Assembly (NCBI GenBank): GCA_964016885.1
Contig: OZ024744.1
Location: 112,840,001 to 112,904,000 of the forward strand
Reading direction: 5' to 3'
DNA: 64,000 nt
DNA from: Eledone cirrhosa
Taxonomy: Eukaryota
The notes under the pieces are model-generated. The model did not search any database and was not told where the DNA came from. It was given only the letters and a program-made list of their open reading frames with translations. Positions 9,992 to 25,400 of this stretch are shown here, piece by piece. The position numbers and the translations under genes were made by a program. Within the stretch, counting starts at the first letter, position 1. Each line of letters begins with the position of its first letter.

Positions 9992-11815
9992 ATGAAATGC
10001 AACATAGAGAGCAACTTCACACAACACCAGGAAGACCTAAAGAAAAAGTTAGAGAGACGATTTGGAGATACAAAATTAAAAACTTTAAACTCCAAATTAC
10101 ACCAGTTGAAACAACAACTCACAGCTACAACACAAAGACTAAAATATAAGTCAACAGCACATAAACGACAAGTGCTAAATAGATTGTTTGCCAGAGATCC
10201 TAAATCAGTTTATCGCAGCTTCGGTGGCAAAAGCTCAATCCCTGTAAATGACACCCCTTCAAAAGAACAGGTTGAGAGCTACTGGAGATCTGTATGGGAA
10301 ACGGATGACGGATTCAACAGGCAAACTAATTGGCTAAAAGAACTGGAACAGGACTACTGCCAACATGTCCAGACAAAACAATATGACATAGATGGGTCAA
10401 TACTGGAAACAGCTCTACAGAAAATGTCGAATAGGAAATCGCCAGGCCCAGACCTCATTACAGGATACTGGTTGAAGAATTTCACTTTCTATCGGCAAGA
10501 TCTCATACGGCTGTTTACAGAAACCATTAAAGGCACACAAGAACTGCCCAGATGGTTATCAACTGCCACTACTCTCCTCATTCCCCAAAATAGCCAAACC
10601 ACCCTTGATAAAAATTACCGCCCAATAGCCTGCCAAAACATCATGTATAAATTATATACTGGGTGCCTTAACCTGTTCTTACAGGATCACTGTGCTACCA
10701 ACAATATCATAACACCTGAGCAAGCTGGTGGAAAGAGGGAGGTGTGGGGTTGCATAGATCACCTACTAACTAATAAAATGATTCAGGAAAAAACAACAAA
10801 GAATCGCAGAAACATGACTGTGGTGTGGCTGGATTATCAAAAAGCATTTGATAGTGTACCTCATGGGTGGATTATTAAGGCTTTACAGTTAGCCAAAGTC
10901 CCACAACCATTGGTAGCTGCTGTTGAACGCCTGACCAAGAACTGGTACACCGATTTGATCCTTAGAGGTGAGAAGGAGCAAGTTAAGACTGATAAGATAC
11001 ATTACCAGAAGGGCATCTTTCAGGGTGATAGCTTGTCAGTGCTACTCTTCGTTCTCTCACTAAATCCACTATCTTACCTACTCAGGAAACAAGGTGGACA
11101 AAGAAGTGGGTCCAGAAGTATCTCCCATCTTTTCTTTGTTGATAACCTGAAGTTGTATGGGCCAAATATCAATGACATCAAGAAACAATTGGACCTCATT
11201 ACACAATTTTCAACCGACATCAAAATGAAATTTGGTGAGTCCAAGTGTGCATATTTGGCAGTAAAACGTGGAAGAACTGTGCCCTCCTCTAGAAATCTAG
11301 AGATGAATGGCCTGAGAATACAACCTCTACAGTCAGGTGACAACTACAGATATCTTGGACAGGATGAGAATGTCAGATATAATGGACCCATAAATAAGGA
11401 GAGAACCAGAACTGAATACCTCAGAAGAGTAAAGAAAATATGGTCATCAGAACTGTCAGCGTACAACAAATACATTGCCCACAATACTTATGCTGTGCCA
11501 ATTCTAACGCCAACATTTGGCCTGCTGAACTGGTCATTGCAAGAACTAAGTGAGATGGATGTTAGAACTCGCAAACTTCTGAGTGTTACTGGGAACTTTA
11601 ACATCAATGGTGATGTGGATAGGCTATACTTCTCACGCAAGGAAGGTGGCCGGGGTCTAAAATCAATATTAACAACATATGAGACCTGGATAGTAACACT
11701 GAAGCAACACCTTCAACAGAGGAAAAGGGTTGGCAACCATCTTGCCCAGGTTTATGAGCATGAAAAAAAAATATCATTAGAATTGCGACTGGTCTGGAGG
11801 AGAGATATGGAATAA
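9992..11815 (+). pseudogene. Reverse transcriptase portion of the R4/Dong element
   Basis: KSPGPD, NYRPIAC, WLDYQKAFDSVPH, GIFQGDSLS, HLFFVDNLKLY (second catalytic Asp replaced by Asn), YRYLG, DRLYFSRKEGGRGL; frameshift at the A run near 11763. Confidence 0.92.
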
Positions 11816-11990
11816 AGCCTGATATAAATCTCTCACCCAGAGAAATCGGAAGATCCTATTCAATGTTCAAACAAGATGAAAAAATTGACCAATTTACAGA
11901 AAAAGTTGTGCATGGATACTTGAGACGTAAAACACAGACCATAGAGGGATAAACCTCTCAAAAAGCCTGGCATGGATTTCCGACAAGTTT

Positions 11991-12662
11991 ATGACATCAC
12001 ACCTTGAGGGATATCTCTATGCAATACAGGAACAAGAACTCCCTACCAAATATCTGCTGCACAAAAGAGGAGGGCCAGCAGCTGACAATAAATGTAGGCT
12101 ATGTAAAACAAAGATCGAGGATGTAAGCCACATTGTTGTCAGCTGCGAAAGAATGTCATCTCGCTACTACCTCCCCATGAGACACGATGGAGTAGCTAGA
12201 ACCATCTGGAACGTACTTCGGAAAACAAAATTAACAACAAATGAGGAAGAATATATTGAGACAGATGGCACTAAAGAATACTGGTGGAACCTGAAAATAA
12301 AAACTGCCACCAAATTAAAGCACAACCAGCCTGATATTGTTGTTTGGGACCACACATTGAAAACGTGTTCTGTTGTGGAGATCAGCTGCCCACTTGATGT
12401 AAACGTTGTCAGAAAAATACAGGAGGAGGACATCTACGGACCATTGATGAGGAGTTTACAAATCCAGTATCCAAGATACACCTTTAGCTTCATACCCGTC
12501 ATTATTGGAGCTACGGGTTATATACCAACCCGCTTGGACCAAAGTATGACTGAACTTGGATTTGCGGACAAAAAGCGCAGCTCCCTAATTAATAGTCTAC
12601 AAATGGCTGCGATAGCTGGCACCTTCAACATTTGCAAAACATTCTTGCGATTCAAGGGATGA
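11991..12662 (+). pseudogene. CCHC knuckle and restriction-like endonuclease of the R4/Dong element
   Basis: CRLC...H....C, RHD, QPDIVVWD, VVEISCP, FIPVIIGATG. Confidence 0.9.
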
Positions 12663-12760
12663 CAATTTCTTTTCTTTTACAACCTTGCCACCAGGAAGGT
12701 GGCCGGTCAAAAAAAATATACTCGAAATTAAGAGAAAGAGATAACACATATATACATACA

Positions 12761-13352
12761 GTAAAACCCCCAATAAAATGCAGGCATAACAGACCAGATA
12801 TTATGATATGGGACAGGGAGAAGAAAGCATGCACAGTAGTGGAAATTAGCTGCCCAGCAGATGCCAATATAATATCAAAGATTAGTGAAAAGGACAACAT
12901 TTATGCAGAACTGATGAGAAATTTGCAGATACTCCACCCTGATTACACCTTCAGATTTATGCCTGTGATTATTGGGGCACTGGGGTATGTTAGTAACTGC
13001 CTCAATACAAATCTTGAGAAGCTAGGCTTCACAGGAACAGAAAGAACACAACTAGTTAGGAAATTACAAGTACAATCCATTAATGAAACAGTAACAATAT
13101 GTAAGACATTCCAAAAATTTTGGATCTAATAACTGCATATATACATGTACAGATGCAAAGCATATACACATGCACACATACAACTCAATACATCCACATC
13201 CACACATACAATAACATCTAAATCTACACATGCATGCATACATACATATCTAGCTCGTTGTGTAAATTCCAAGGAGAGAGTCTTGTGTCTATGTTAGAAA
13301 CCAACTCTCTCTCTATTGGTAAAACTTTGTGAAATTATAAAACCAGAAGAAT
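12761..13352 (+). mobile_element. 5'-truncated second R4/Dong element (different subfamily): endonuclease C-terminus and 3' UTR
   Basis: HNRPDIMIWD, VVEISCP, FMPVIIGALG, ICKTF, stop at 13129; different 3' UTR ending in (TACA)(TA)n. Confidence 0.85.
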
Positions 13353-13414
<62 letters not shown>

Positions 13415-13446
13415 ATATACACATATATATATATATGTGTGTGTGT

Positions 13447-15692
13447 ATCATCATCATCATTATCATCGTTTAACATCCATCTGCCACGATGCTAGCATGG
13501 GTTAGATGGTTTTGTTCCATTTGATGCAGGATTGGTCGGGAAACCATGTCTCGCTCGTACAGAACTGTCCCTGGTAGGTTTTCTATGTCTAGATCTCCTT
13601 CCTAACACCAACCACATTTACAGTGTAGACTGGGAGCTTTTTACTGTGTCCCTTCAAAACCACTTTACAGTGTGGACTGGGAGTTTTTTTACCCTGTCTC
13701 CTACATGACCACTTTACAGTGTGGACTGGGTACTTTTTACTGTCTCCTACAAAACCACTTTACAGTGTAGACTGGGTACTTTTTACTGTGTCTCCTACAA
13801 AACCACTTTACAGTGTGGACTGGGTACTTTTTACTGTGTCTCCTACAAAACCACTTTACAGTGTAGACTGGGTACTTTTTACTGTGTCTCCTATAAAACC
13901 ACATTACAGTGTAGACTGGGTACTTTTTACTGTGTCTCCTATAAAACCACTTTACAGTGTGGACTGGGTACTTTTTACTGTGTTTCCTACAAAACCACTT
14001 TACAGTGTGGACTGGGTACTTTTTACTGTGTCTCCTACAAAACCACTTTACAGTTTGGACTGGGTACATTTTACTGTTTCTCCTACAAAACCACTTTACA
14101 GTGTGGACTGGGTACTTTTTACTGTGTCTCCTACAAAACCACTTTACAGTGTAGACTGGGTACTTTTTACTGTGTCACCTATAAAACCACATTACAGTGT
14201 AGACTGGGTACTTTTTACTGTGTCTCCTATAAAACCACTTTACAGTGTGGACTGGGTACTTTTTACTGTGTCTCCAAAACCACTTTACAGTGTGGACAGG
14301 GTACTTTTTACTGTGTTTCCTACAAAACCACTTTACAGTGTGGACTGGGTACTTTTTACTGTCTCCTACAAAACCACTTTACAGTGTAGACTGGGTACTT
14401 TTTACTGTGTCTCCTACAAAACCACTTTACATTGTGGACTGGGTACCTTTTACTGTGTCTCCTACAAAACCACTTTACAGTGTGGACTGAGTACATTTTA
14501 CTGTGTCTCCTACAAAACCACTTTACAGTCTGGACTGGGTACTTTTTACTGTGTCTCCTACAAAACCACTTTACAGTGTAGACTGGGTACTTTTTACTGT
14601 GTCTCCTACAAAACCACTTTACAGTGTAGACTGGGTACTTTTTACTGTGTCTCCTATAAAACCACATTACAGTGTAGACTGGGTACTTTTTACTGTGTCT
14701 CCTATAAAACCACTTTACAGTGTGGACTGGGTACTTTTTACTGTGTCTCCAAAACCACTTTACAGTGTGGACAGGGTACTTTTTACTGTGTTTCCTACAA
14801 AACCACTTTACAGTGTGGACTGGGTACTTTTTACTGTGTCTCCTACAAAACCACTTTACAGTGTAGACTGGGTACTTTTTACTGTGTCTCCTACAAAACC
14901 ACTTTACATTGTGGACTGGGTACCTTTTACTGTGTCTCCTACAAAACCACTTTACAGTGTGGACTGAGTACATTTTACTGTGTCTCCTACAAAACCACTT
15001 TACAGTCTGGACTGGGTACTTTTTACTGTGTCTCCTACAAAACCACTTTAAGTGTAGACTGGGTACTTTTTACTGTGTCTCCTACAAAACCACTTTACAG
15101 TGTGGACTGGGTACTTTTTACTGTGTCTCCTACAAAACCACATTACAGTGTAGACTGGGTACTTTTTACTGTGTCTCCTACAAAACCACTTTACAGTGTA
15201 GACTGGGTACTTTTTACTGTGTCTCCTACAAAACCACTTTACAGTGTGGACTGGGTACTTTTTACTGTGTCTCCTACAAAACCACTTTACAGTGTGGACT
15301 GGATACTTTTTACTGTGTCTCCTACAAAACCACTTTACAGTGTGGACCGGGTGCTTTTTGTTGTCACCGACATGACCACTTTACAGTAGAAGGAAATGGG
15401 GGGATGGAGTAAGGTGTGTGAGGTGGGGTGTATATTGGGTTAAGAGGTGCCTACTGTTAAGTTTATATGTAAGGGAAGGCAGGTCTTCTGTACAACTGCA
15501 TGGCGCCAAAGATCTCAATTCAGTGACACTGTCTTAGAGAGGTATAAGTGTTTTTATGACCTTGTCCAAGTTTTTCCTGCTCTAACCACTCCGTAGCTTC
15601 CATCAATTTTGATCGCTCTGCACTTTTTTATACAGATGTTGTCCTTCATATGTATCACATGTCCATACCAACGCATTCTCCTCCCCTGCACA
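13447..15692 (-). mobile_element. RTE LINE 3' fragment with an expanded minisatellite in its 3' UTR
   Basis: (tca)n tail at 13447; VQGRRMRWYGHV...GKTW at 15692-15554; both flanks of the array align colinearly with the RTE at 58887-59450. Confidence 0.88.
13611..15387. repeat. 48-bp minisatellite, about 37 copies
   Basis: Unit ACCACTTTACAGTGT(G/A)GACTGGGTACTTTTTACTGTGTCTCCTACAAA; gives 16-aa periodicity in the ORF track. Confidence 0.97.
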
Positions 15693-15705
15693 TATATTAT
15701 TATCA

Positions 15706-15893
15706 TTGGCAGTATCGGTAGAGGGTCGGACGCCATGCTTTCCAGCATAGTTACGTCCCTTTACGATCTGAGTTCAAATCCCGCCGAGGTTGACTTTGCC
15801 TTTCATCCTTACGGGGGATCGATAAAATAAAGTACCAGTAATACACTGGATAATTGCTGGCCTTGTGCCAAACGTAGAAACAATTATTATTAT
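15706..15893 (+). mobile_element. SINE family B copy
   Basis: Matches the 1237 unit and has the same 5' truncation point. Confidence 0.88.
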
Positions 15894-16080
15894 CCCCCCC
15901 CCCCCCCCCTCCCTCTCTCCCTCCCTCCCTCCCCCTCCTCATCCTCCTCCCCATCTTCTCCTCCTCCTCTCCATCTTCTCCTCCTTCTTCTCCTCTTTCT
16001 CCTCCTTCTTCTCCTCCTCCTCCTTCTTCTCCTCCTCCTCCTCCTCCTCTTTCTTCCCCCCCCCTTCCTCCCTCTTCTTC
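15894..16080. repeat. Homopyrimidine poly-C/(CCT)/(CTT) tract
   Basis: About 185 nt that are almost purely C and T. Confidence 0.9.
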
Positions 16081-16084
16081 ACCC

Positions 16085-16400
16085 AAAGTTCCTCTAGGTT
16101 CCATAACCTATATGTCCGTTGTGTGTCATTTTCGGTCGTGTGTTTATTTTCATGTGAAAACCAAGTAAATTGTCTTGAGCAGCACATTCTTCTCTAGGCA
16201 TTAGTATCGATAAGACGGCGTCCATGTCTTTGTCATACGAGTTAGAAATCAATCTGGTTAATATTCTTGCCTGAGAGGTATCTGATCAGATAGTTGGTTG
16301 GTTTCCTGAGATTTGTGCTGCAAATAGTTAGTTCAGTTACATCATAGAATTGCAAGAGCCTCAATCCTTCTTAATTTTTGAAGCCATGACCACTGTACGT
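16085..16400 (-). mobile_element. RTE apurinic-endonuclease domain remnant
   Basis: Minus strand reads EGLRLLQFYDVTELTICSTNLRKPTNYLIRYLSGKNINQIDF* and then EECAAQDNLL, typical of the C-terminal half of an RTE APE domain. Confidence 0.72.
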
Positions 16401-19400
16401 TATAACATAAACTCTAGACTTCTACACTACACTGTACCACACAATGTAGACCCTGGACTGCTTACTACACTGTACCACACAATGTAGAACCTGGACTACT
16501 TACTACACTACACTGTACCACACAATGTAGACCCTGGACTACTTACTGCAATGTACCACACAATGTAGACCCTGAACTACTTACTACACTACACTATACC
16601 ACACAATGTAGACACTGGACGACTTACTACACTGTACCACACAATATAGACCCTGGACTATTTACTACACTACACTGTACCACAAAATGTAGACCCTGGA
16701 CTACTTACTATACTGTACCACACAATGTACACTCTGGACTACTTACTACACTGTACCACACAATGTAGACCCTGAACTACTTACTACACTACACTATACC
16801 ACACAATGTACACTCTGGACTACTTACTACACTGTACCACACAATGTAGACCCCGGACTACTTACTACACTGTACCACACAATATAGACCCTGGACTACT
16901 TACTACACTGTAACACACGATGTAGAGCCTGGACTACTTTCTACACTATACCACGCAATGTAGACAGTGGACCACTTAGTACACTACACTGTACCACACA
17001 ATGTAGACACTGGACTACTTACTTCACTATACTGTACCACACAATGTAGAGCCTGGACTACTACTACACTGTAGCACACAATGTAGACCCTGGACTACTC
17101 ACCACACCACACCGTACCACACATTGTAGACACTGGACTAGTATTACACCGTACCACACAACATAGACCCTGGACTACTTACTACACAATGTAGACCCTG
17201 GACTACTTACTACACTACACTGTACCACACAATGTAGACCCTGGACTACTTACACTACACTGTACCACACAAAATAGACACTGAACTACTTACTAGACTA
17301 CATTCTACCACACATTGTAGACCCTGGACTACTTACTACACTATAATCTACCACAAAATGTAGACACTGGACTACTTACTACACTACAATCTACCACACA
17401 ATGTAGACACTAGACTACTTCCTATACTGTACCACACAATCTAGACACTGGACTACTTACTACACTGTACCACACAATGTAGAGACTGGAATACTACTAC
17501 ACTGTACCACACAATGTTGACCCTGGACAACTTACTACACTACACTGTACCACACTTGTAGACACTGGACTACTTACTACACTAGACTGTGCCACACAAT
17601 ATAGACCCTGGACTATTTACTACACTGTACCACACAATGTAGACACTGGACTACTTATTACACTGTACCACACAATGTAGACACTGGACTACTTACTAAA
17701 CTACAATGTACCACAATGTAGACCCTGGACTACTTACTACACTACACTGTACCACACAATGTAGAACCTGGACTACTTACTACACTACACTGTACCACAC
17801 TATGTAGACACTGGACTACTTACTACACTATACTGTACCACAAAATCTAGACACTGGACTACTTACTACATTGCACTGTACCACACAATGTAGACCCTAC
17901 GCTACTTACTACACTACACGGTACGACACAATGTACACCCTGGACTACTTACTACACTGTACCACACAATGTAGACATTCGACTACTTACTACATTGTAC
18001 CACTCAATGTAGACCGTGGACTACTTACTACACTACACTGTAGCACATAATGTAGACCCTGGACTACTTACCACACTACACCGTACGACACATTGTAGAT
18101 ACTGGACTACAACTACACTGTACCACACAACGTAGATCCTGGACTACTTACTACACAATGTAGACACAGGACTACTTTCTACACTACACTGTACCACACA
18201 ATGTAGACACTGAACTACTTACTACACTACATTCTACCACACAATGTAGACACTGCACTACTTACTACACTGTACCACACAATGTAGACACTAGACTACT
18301 TACTACACTACACTGTACCACACAATTTATAACCTGGACTACTTACTATACTTTCTCATACGATGTAGACTCTGGACTACTTACTACACTCCACTGTACC
18401 ACACAATGCAGACCCTGGACTACTTACTACGCTATACTGTACCATACAATGTAGACCCTGGACTACTTACTACACTACACTGTACTACAAAATGTAGACC
18501 TTGGACTATTTACTACAATGTACCACACAATGTAAACCCTGGACTACTTACTACACAATGTAGACCCTAGACTACTTACTACATTGTACCACTCAATGTA
18601 GACCCTGGACTACGTACTACACTACACTGTAGCACATGATGTAGACCCTGGACTACTTACTACACTACACTGTATCACACTATGTAGAGACTGGACTACT
18701 TACACTATACTGTAACACACAATCTAGACACTGGACTACATACTACACTGTACCACACAATGTAGAGACTGGAATACTACTACACTGTACCACATAATGT
18801 TGACCCTGGACTACTTACTACACTACACTGTACCACACAATATAGACCCTGGACTACTTACTACACTGTACCACACAATGTAGACCCTGGACTACTTACT
18901 ACACTGTACCACACAATGTAGACACTGGACTACTTACTACACTACAATGTACCACAATGTAGACCCTGGACTACTTACTAGACTACACTGTACCACACAA
19001 TGTAGACTCTGCACTACTTACTACACTACACGGTAACACACAATGTAGACCCTGGACTACTTACTACACTGTACCACACGATGTAGACATTGGACTACTT
19101 ACTACACTGTACCACACAATGTAGAACCTGGACTACTTACTACACTACACTGTACCACACTATGTAGACACTGGACTACTTACTACACTATACTGTACCA
19201 CAAAATCTAGACACCGGACTACTTACTACATTGCACTGTACCACACAATGTAGACCCTACACTACTTACTACATTGTACCACTCAATGTAGACCCTGGAC
19301 TACTTACTACACTACACTGTAGCACATGATGTAGACCCTGGACTACTTACCACACTACACCGTACGACACATTGTAGATACTGGACTACAACTACACTGT

Positions 19401-22400
19401 ACCACACAACGTAGACCCTGGTCTACTTACTACACAATGTAGACACAGGACTACTTTCTACACTACACTGTACCTCACAATGTAGACACTGAACTACTTA
19501 CTACACTACATTCTACCACACAATGTAGACACTGCACTACTTACTACACTGTACCACACAAAGTAGACACTAGACTACTTACTACACTACACTGTACCAC
19601 ACAATTTATAACCTGGACTACTTACTATACTTTCTCATAAAATGTAGACTCTGGACTACTTACCACACTACACTGTACCACACAATGTAGACCCTGGACT
19701 ACTGACTACACTATACTGTACTACAAAATGTAGACCCTGGACTAGTTACTACACTGTACGACACAATGTAGACCCTGGACTACTTACTACACTGTACCAC
19801 ACAATGTAGACCCTGGACTAATTACTACACTACACTATACCACACAATTTGGATCCTGAACTAGTTACTACACTACACTGTACCACACTCTGTAGACACT
19901 GGACTACTTACTACGCTATACTGTACCATACAATGTAAACCCTGGACTACTTACTACACTACACTGTACCACACAATGTAGACACTGGACTACTTACTAC
20001 ACTACACTGTACTACAAAATGTAGACCCTGGACTATTTACTACACTGTACCACACAATGTAGACACTGGACTACTTGCTACACTGTACCACACAATGTAG
20101 ACCCTGGACTACTTACTACACCACACTATACCACACAATGTAGATCCTGGACTACTTACTACACTACACTGTACCACACTATGTAGAGACTGGACTACTT
20201 ACTACACTATACTGTACCACACAATCTAGACACTGGACTACTTACTACACTACACTGTACCACACAGTGTAGACCCTGGACTACTTACTACACTGTGCCA
20301 CACAATGTAGACCCTGGACTACTTAATACACTGTACCACACAATGTAGACACTGGACTACTTACTACACTGTACCACACAATGTAGACACTGGACTACTT
20401 CCTACATTATACCACACAATGTAGACACTGGACTACTACTACACTGTAGCACACAATGTAGACCCTGGACTACTCACCACACTACAATGTACCACAATGT
20501 AGACCCTGGACTACTTACTAGACTACACTGTACCACACAATGTAGACTCTGGACTACTTACTACACTACACGGTACCACACAATGTAGACCCTGGACTAC
20601 TTACTACACTGTACCACACAATGTAGACATTGGACTACTTACTACACTGTACCACACAATGTAGAACCTGGACTACTTACTACACTACACTGTACCACAC
20701 TATGTAGACACTGGACTACTTACTACACTATACTGTACCACAAAATCTAGACACCGGACTACTTACTACATTGCACTGTACCACACAATGTAGACCCTAC
20801 ACTACTTACTACATTGTACCACTCAATGTAGACCCTGGACTACTTACTACACTACACTGTAGCACATGATGTAGACCCTGGACTACTTACCACACTACAC
20901 CGTACGACACATTGTAGATACTGGACTACAACTACACTGTACCACACAACGTAGACCCTGGACTACTTACTACACAATGTAGACGCAGGACTACTTTCTA
21001 CACTACACTGTACCACACAATGTTGACACTGAACTACTTACTACACTACATTCTACCACACAATGTAGACACTGCACTACTTACTACACTGTACCACACA
21101 ATGTAGACACTAGACTACTTACTACACTACACTGTACCACACAATTTATAACCTGGACTACTTACTATACTTTCTCATACAATGTAGACTCTGGACTACT
21201 TACTACACTCCACTGTACCTCACAATGTAGACCCTGGACTACTGACTACACTACACTGTACTACAAAATGTAGACCCTGGACTAGTTACTACACTGTACG
21301 ACACAATGTAGACCCTGGACTACTTACTACACTGTACCACACAATGTAGACCCTGGACTAATTACTACACTACACTATACCACACAATTTGGATCCTGAA
21401 CTACTTACTACACTACACTGTACCACACTCTGTAGACACTGGACTACTTACTACACTATACTGTACCATACAATGTAGACCCTGGACTACTTACTACACT
21501 ACACTGTACCACACAATGTAGACACTGGACTACTTACTACACTACACTGTACTACAAAATGTAGACCCTGGACTATTTACTACACTGTACCACACAATGT
21601 AGACCCTGGACTACTTACTACACTGTACCACACAATGTAGACACTGGACTACTTGCTACACTGTACCACACAATGTAGACCCTGGACTACTTACTACACC
21701 ACACTATACCACACAATGTAGATCCTGGACTACTTACTACACTACACTGTACCACACAATGTAGACACTGGACTAGTATTACACCGTACCACACAACGTA
21801 GACCCTGGACTACTTACTACACTACACTGTACCACACAAAATAGACACTGAACTACTTACTAGACTACATTCTGCCACACATTGTAGACCCTGGACTACT
21901 TACTACACTACGCTGTACCACACTTTGTAGACCCTGGACTACTTACTACACTGTACCACACAATGTAGACACTGGATTAATTACTACACTACACTGTACC
22001 ACACAATGTAGAGGCTGGACTACTTTCTACACTGTACCACACAATATAGACACTGGACTACTTACTACACTGTACCACACAATGTAGACACTGGACTACT
22101 TCCTACACTGTACCACACAATGTAGAGACTGGACTATTTACTACACTACACTGTACCCTACTTGTAGACCCCGGACTACTTACTACACTACACTGTACCA
22201 CACAATGTAGACCCCGGACTAGTTACTACACTGTACCACACAATGTAGACACTGGACTACTTACTACACTGTACCACACAATGTAGACCCTGGACTACTT
22301 ACTACACTGTACCACACAATGTAGACACTCGACCACTTACTACACTACAATGTACCACAATGTAGACCCTGGACTACTTTCTAGACTACACTGTACCACA

Positions 22401-25400
22401 CAATGTAGACTCTTGACTACTTACTACACTACACTGTACCACACAATGTAGACCCTGGACTACTTACTACACTGTACCACACAATGTAGACACTGGCCTA
22501 CTTACTACACTGCACCACACAATGTAGACCCTGGACTACTTACTACACTGTACTGTATCACACAATGTAGACACTGGACTACTTACTACACTACACTATA
22601 CCACACAATGTATACCCTGGACTACTTACTACACTGTATCACACAATGTAGACACTGGACTACTTCCTACATTATGCCACAGAATGTAGACACTGGACTA
22701 CTACTACACTGTAGCACACAATATAGACCCTGTTCTACTCACCACACTACACCGTACCACACATTGTAGACACTGGACTACTACTACACTGTACAACACA
22801 ACATAGACCCTGGACTACTTACTACACAATGTAGACACAGGACTACTTTCTACACTACACTGTACCACACAATGTAGACACTGAACTACTTACTACACTA
22901 CATTCTACCACACAATGTAGACACTGGACTACTTACTACACTACACTGTACCACACATTGTAGACCCTGGACTACTTACAATACTACACTGTACCACACA
23001 ATTTAGACACTGGACTACTTCCTACACTACACTGTACCACACAATGTAGAGCCTGGACTACTTTCTATACTGTACCACACAATGTAGACAGTGGACCACT
23101 TACTACACTATACTGTACCCCTCAATGTAGACCCTGGACTACTTACGACACTGTACCATACAGTCTAGACACTGGACTACTTACTACACTGTACCACACA
23201 ATGTAGACCCTGAACTACTCAGTACACTGTACCACACAATGTAGACACTGGACTACTTCCGACACTGTACCACACAATGTAGAGACTAGACTACTACTAC
23301 ACTGTACCACACAACCTAGACCCTGGACTACTTACTACACAATGTAGACACAGGCCTACTTTCTACACTACACTGTACCACACAATGTAGACACTGACCT
23401 ACTTACTACACTACATTCTACCACGCAATGTAGACACTGGACTACTTACTACACTGTACCACACAATGTAGACACTAGACTACTTACTACACTACACTGT
23501 ACCACACAATTTATAACCTGGACTACTTACTATACTTTCCCATACAATGTAGACTCTGGACTACTTACTACACTCCACTGTACCTCACAATGTAGACACT
23601 GGACTACTTACTACGCTATACTGTACCACACTATGTAGACGCTGGACTACTTACTACGCTATACTGTACCACACAATGTTGACACTGAACTACTTAACAC
23701 ACTACACTGTACCACACCATGTAGACCCTGGAATACTTACTACACTGTACCACACAATGTAGACCCTGGACTACTTACTACACTGTACCACACAATATAG
23801 ACACTGGACTACTTACTACACTGTACCACACAATGTAGACACTGGACTACTTACTACACTACACTGTACCACACTATGTAGAGCCTGGACTACTCACCAC
23901 ACTACAATGTACCACAATGTAGACCCTGGACTACTTACTAGACTACACTGTACCACACAATGTAGACTCTGGACTACTTACTACACTACACGGTACCACA
24001 CAATGTAGACCCTGGACTACTTACCACACTGTACCACACAATGTAGACACTGGACTACTTACTACACTGTACCACACAATGTAGACAGTGGACTACTTAC
24101 TACACTGTACCACACAATGTAGACACTGGACTACTTACTACACTACACTGTACCACACTATGTAGAGCCTGGACTACTTTCTATACTGTACCACACAATG
24201 TTGACAGTGGACCACTTACTACACTACACTGTACCACACAATGTAGACACTGGACTACTTCCTACACTACCACACAATGTAGAGACTGGACTACTACTAC
24301 ACTGTACCACACGATGTAGACCCTGGACTACTTACTACACTACGCTGTAACACACTTGTAGACCCTGGACTACGACTACACTACCACTCCATATAGACCC
24401 TGGACTACTTACTGCACTAAGCTGTACCACAGAATGTAGACCCTAGACTACTTAATACACTGTACCACAGAATGTAGACCCTGGACTACTTACTACACTA
24501 CACTGTACCACTCAATGTAGACACTCGATTACTTACTACACTACACTGTACCACACAATATAGACCATGGACTACTTACCACAGAATGTAGAAACTGGAC
24601 TACTTACTACACTGTACCACACAATGTTTGACCCTGTACTACTTACTACACTAAACTGTACCACACAATGTAGACACTGGACTACTTACTACACTACACT
24701 CTACCACACAATGTAAACCCTGGACTACTTACTACACTGTACCACACAATGTAGACCCTGGACTACTTACTACACTACACTGTATCACAATGTAGACCCT
24801 TGACTACTTACTACACTGTACCACACAACGTAGACACTGGACTACTTACTACACTATACTGTACCACGCAATGTAGACCCTGGACTACTTACTACACTTT
24901 ACTGTACCACACAATGTAGACCCTGGACTACTCACTACACTGTACCACACAATTTAGACCCTGGACTACTTACTACACTACCAAACAATGTAGACCCTGG
25001 AATACTTACTACAGTACACTGTACCCCACAACGTAGACCCTGGACAACTCACTACACTGTACCACACAATGTTGACTGTGGACTACTTACTACACTGTAC
25101 CACACAATGTAGACCCTGGACTACTTACTACACTGAACCACACAATGTAGACACTGGACTACTTACTACACTACACTGTACCACACAATTTATAACCTGG
25201 ACTACTTACTATACTTACCCATACAATGTAGACTCTGGACTACTTACTACACTCCACTGTACCACACAATGTAGACCCTGGACTACTGACTACACTGTAC
25301 CACACAATGTAGACCCTGGACTAATTACTACACTACACTATACCACACAATGTAGATCCTGAACTACTTACTACACTGCACTGTACCACACTATGTAGAC

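Larger units (their letters stand above)
9570..12745 (+). mobile_element. R4/Dong-clade non-LTR retrotransposon (RT + zinc knuckle + restriction-like endonuclease), frameshifted
   Basis: ORF pieces 9542-9880, 9992-11815 and 11991-12662 are colinear parts of one polyprotein; a short 3' UTR ends in an ACAT/AT microsatellite. Confidence 0.88.

Noticed and set aside
12632-13129. Single retrotransposon with a duplicated endonuclease domain
   Set aside because: A stop codon, 3' UTR and microsatellite separate the two domains; two adjacent elements explain it better.
13719-15412. 556-aa ORF and overlapping ORFs with 16-aa periodicity
   Set aside because: These result from a 48-bp unit that lacks stops in several frames; the frames switch at unit indels and the array lies within an RTE 3' UTR.
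15751-16197. Gly/Glu-rich and Pro/Ser-rich ORFs
   Set aside because: They are translations of the CCT/CTT homopyrimidine tract.
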